From Azolla caroliniana (taxonomy: Eukaryota > Plantae > Polypodiophyta): a stretch of 64,000 nt of DNA. The notes below the pieces were generated by a model. It saw nothing but the letters and a program-made list of their open reading frames with translations. It had not been told where the DNA came from and did no database searches. This document shows positions 61,501-64,000 of the stretch, in pieces; positions within the stretch are counted from its first letter, which is position 1; the number at the start of each line of letters is the position of its first letter. The stretch covers positions 1-64,000 of the forward strand of contig JBHGNT010000034.1 of the NCBI GenBank assembly GCA_043228905.1, given 5' to 3'. Both the position numbers and the translations under genes were made by a program.

Positions 61501-63963
61501 GCTTTTGGATGCCGTACTTTGTCTTCGTGATATTGATTCTGAACCTTTGCCCAACATATGATGTAGGCTGAAAAAATTCAAAAAAAAGAAGGGTACATGA
61601 TTGAAAACATGTCCGATTTGCAAGATAGGTAGACAGTCGTTTTACTGTCATTGGTTTACTCAAAATTATCTAAATTGTTTTGCTTGAGCAGTTTAATAAT
61701 ATCTCCCTCATTTTCTGTAATTTTGTAGGTTAGATAAGCTGATTTTAGAATACAACTTTGAAAAAACTTTGAGAGAAAGGTACGAAAAGGATTTAGAATG
61801 TTCCGTCACAGAAAACAATACATATAAAGAGGTACAAATTCTGGCATGATGTATGAATTTAAGAGCCACATTGTGACCTGTTTGGCACACAACTAGGCTT
61901 CATGACCTGAGGATTTAGCCACAACTTACAGGTGATTGAGAGATTTTGGAGTATAAGAAAGCAGGCTGTTGGGTCCTGTGATACTGACAAAACTCAAAAG
62001 AAAGCTGCTATCTTGCTGAATGAATTGGAAGGATTGTGGAGCTATGGAGAGACTAATAAAACCCTATATGACCAAGCATCACAAGACAGAGCCAATTTGG
62101 TACAACTACAATCTTGAGATTGTGCTTAGAGGGCTAGAGCCATACTAAAGAAATGAATGGCCACATTTCAGGTTCTTGCACAAGAAGAATTGGAAGTGTG
62201 TACTGCTTCATTAGCAAAACTTCAGGCACAGATTGAAGAGGTAGTTGTAAAAATAGAGTACAATCGATTATCTATAAAAGGCTAGTTCTCTAGATGGAGA
62301 TGATGAATTCATTTGCAATTTTTTTGAAGGAAAACTGTACTCGGAGGAAGGTCGAGGATGCACTCTCTAATTCCAAGAAGCGGCTGGTATATAATGTGTA
62401 TAAGTAGATAAGTTGATGAGCTGTTATTTGTGGCAATGTTCTATACTCAATTCACATTTATTTTCTTGCAGGCTCATTATGTTGAGACCATTCAATCAGA
62501 GCTGAAGCAACTGAATATAGCCAAAGCAAGCCTAAGACATGGTGTTGTTCAACTTTTGATGGAAAACAAGAGCTCCTTTATCACTTTACAGGAAGTATTG
62601 AAGGAACTTGTGAACAAGGAAAAAACACAAAATATGGAGAATGAATGTGATATAATTGATGGTAAAGCTGCATCCGCCAATGGAGCTGTAACTACCAAGG
62701 TTGGTGTGAATATGCAACGTATGCTGAGAATTTTCCCACATTTTAACTGGTAAAAGAATATTTTGTCCTCATTTGGTATTGAAAATTTATGTGAACAATA
62801 AAGACTGGGCTAAAGCTATCTACTTGAAGGCTGAATCACATTATGTTGAAGTCTCAACAGGGCTAATATGACAGGCACTGGTTTTCCCACATTGAACCTG
62901 TACTTTTCTCCTTGATATTTTTTAATATAGGTTTTCAAATTTCAGCAATTTGTCAACCACTGCATTTCACCAGTTTAGATTTTTCTTTATCTTTAAAAGA
63001 GAAAAAACATCATTACCTGTCACAGGAGTCGTAGGCCATGCTCATTTAACCCATTTGATCTAGAATGTCCAATAGCAGACATACTGAGGGGAAATCTCAA
63101 TTTTAGCTTCTAAATTTTTTTATATATCATCTGTGTATTTTTTATGAGATAGGGTTTAGGGTTTGAGGGCATGTCTTTTTGGCTTTTAATTTTTCTATAG
63201 ACAATCTGTCATATTTTTTATTGCACAAAACTATATGGATTTTTATCTTTCTTTAAAATGTGTTTTCTAATTGCTGTGTATGCATTTGAAGAAACAAGAA
63301 TATAAGTTTAATTTTGTGCCTGCTATAATGAAACAGTTTCTTAGAATGAAGATTATTGATGTATGTACTTCAGGTATTTTCTGAAACTTTGGTTATGCAA
63401 TTACTCAAACTAGTGAGAATATCCCTCATGGAACATGTCTAGTGAAAAAAAATTGAATTATTCTGTTACCCATTTTCATATATAAATCTATTGTGATATA
63501 CTGATATATATGTTGTAGTTATTTTGAACTGATCTGCCATATTTTCTTTTACGCTGAATTGGTATTCTTTTTTCTTCGGAAAAAGAAATGGGATTTTATA
63601 TGAAAATGTTATATTCGACAGGAAAAAGACAGTGAATTCAATAAACGGGGACCCAAGCATGGGTGAAGCTTCATGCATCATAGTAGTTCAGAAACAATGT
63701 AGGATATGCATGATACCTTTGTGCAGATACTAATAACTAAATAATCGGTTTGATGGATTTTGTAGGAAAAGGAATACAGTGATGATGTTAAGTTAACAAA
63801 TGAAAATGAAGAAGCGTTGACCCAGGCATTACATGGAAAGGTCATAATTTTCTACCCATCTTTTTATCTTGTGAAAATTTATGTTGTTACCATTATTTAG
63901 TTCATTGTATGATTTCCAATGTGAGTGTCACTTAATTTCTTTTGATATCTGCAGGAAAATTAG
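58573..63963 (+). CDS. Coiled-coil protein resembling Arabidopsis At2g14680 (MEE13, myosin heavy chain-related); multi-exon, start tentative, upstream exon near 56500-56648
   Basis: Successive GT-AG exons read SSGLGDDSEIIQQKIRNCEKENINLQIELLELYAIK / KKLAELLKVEVEK / AEKIQKKE / VIERFWSIRKQ..LWSY / EALTQALHGK, collinear with the At2g14680 family as recalled from memory. Confidence 0.65.
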
Positions 63964-64000
63964 TTTCTAATGATGATAAAAAGCAAAATTTATCTTGTCT

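Noticed and set aside
63150-63170. TAGGGTTTAGGGTTTGAGGG telomere-like motif in an intron
   Set aside because: Only 2-3 imperfect units; such telo-box-sized motifs are common and do not indicate an interstitial telomere.

Overview
Eukaryotic land-plant nuclear DNA, probably a fern (inferred from the PPR style and the transposon families; not provable from sequence alone). There are four host genes: a 6-exon ALMT anion channel (minus, 1862-5497), an 8-exon gene with a helical N-terminus, PHD finger and C-terminal telobox Myb (plus, 45524-48736), an intronless PLS-E PPR gene (minus, 53521-55545), and a multi-exon coiled-coil gene resembling Arabidopsis At2g14680/MEE13 (plus, about 56.5-64 kb). 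A ~37 kb retroelement cluster lies between ALMT and the PHD-Myb gene. It holds a LINE containing Copia A, which contains Copia B; a PPR pseudogene split by a Penelope-like element and a Gypsy element; a young Copia C with an intact ORF inside an older Copia D; a LINE ORF1 fragment; and a solo LTR. The most unusual signals are: (1) the Gypsy element has no polypurine tract, and an inverted copy of its tRNA primer-binding site sits in that position; (2) the same element carries a ~850-codon extra coiled-coil ORF; (3) the Penelope-like element has no C-terminal endonuclease and carries a minimal hammerhead ribozyme. Exon structures and LTR comparisons were read by eye.
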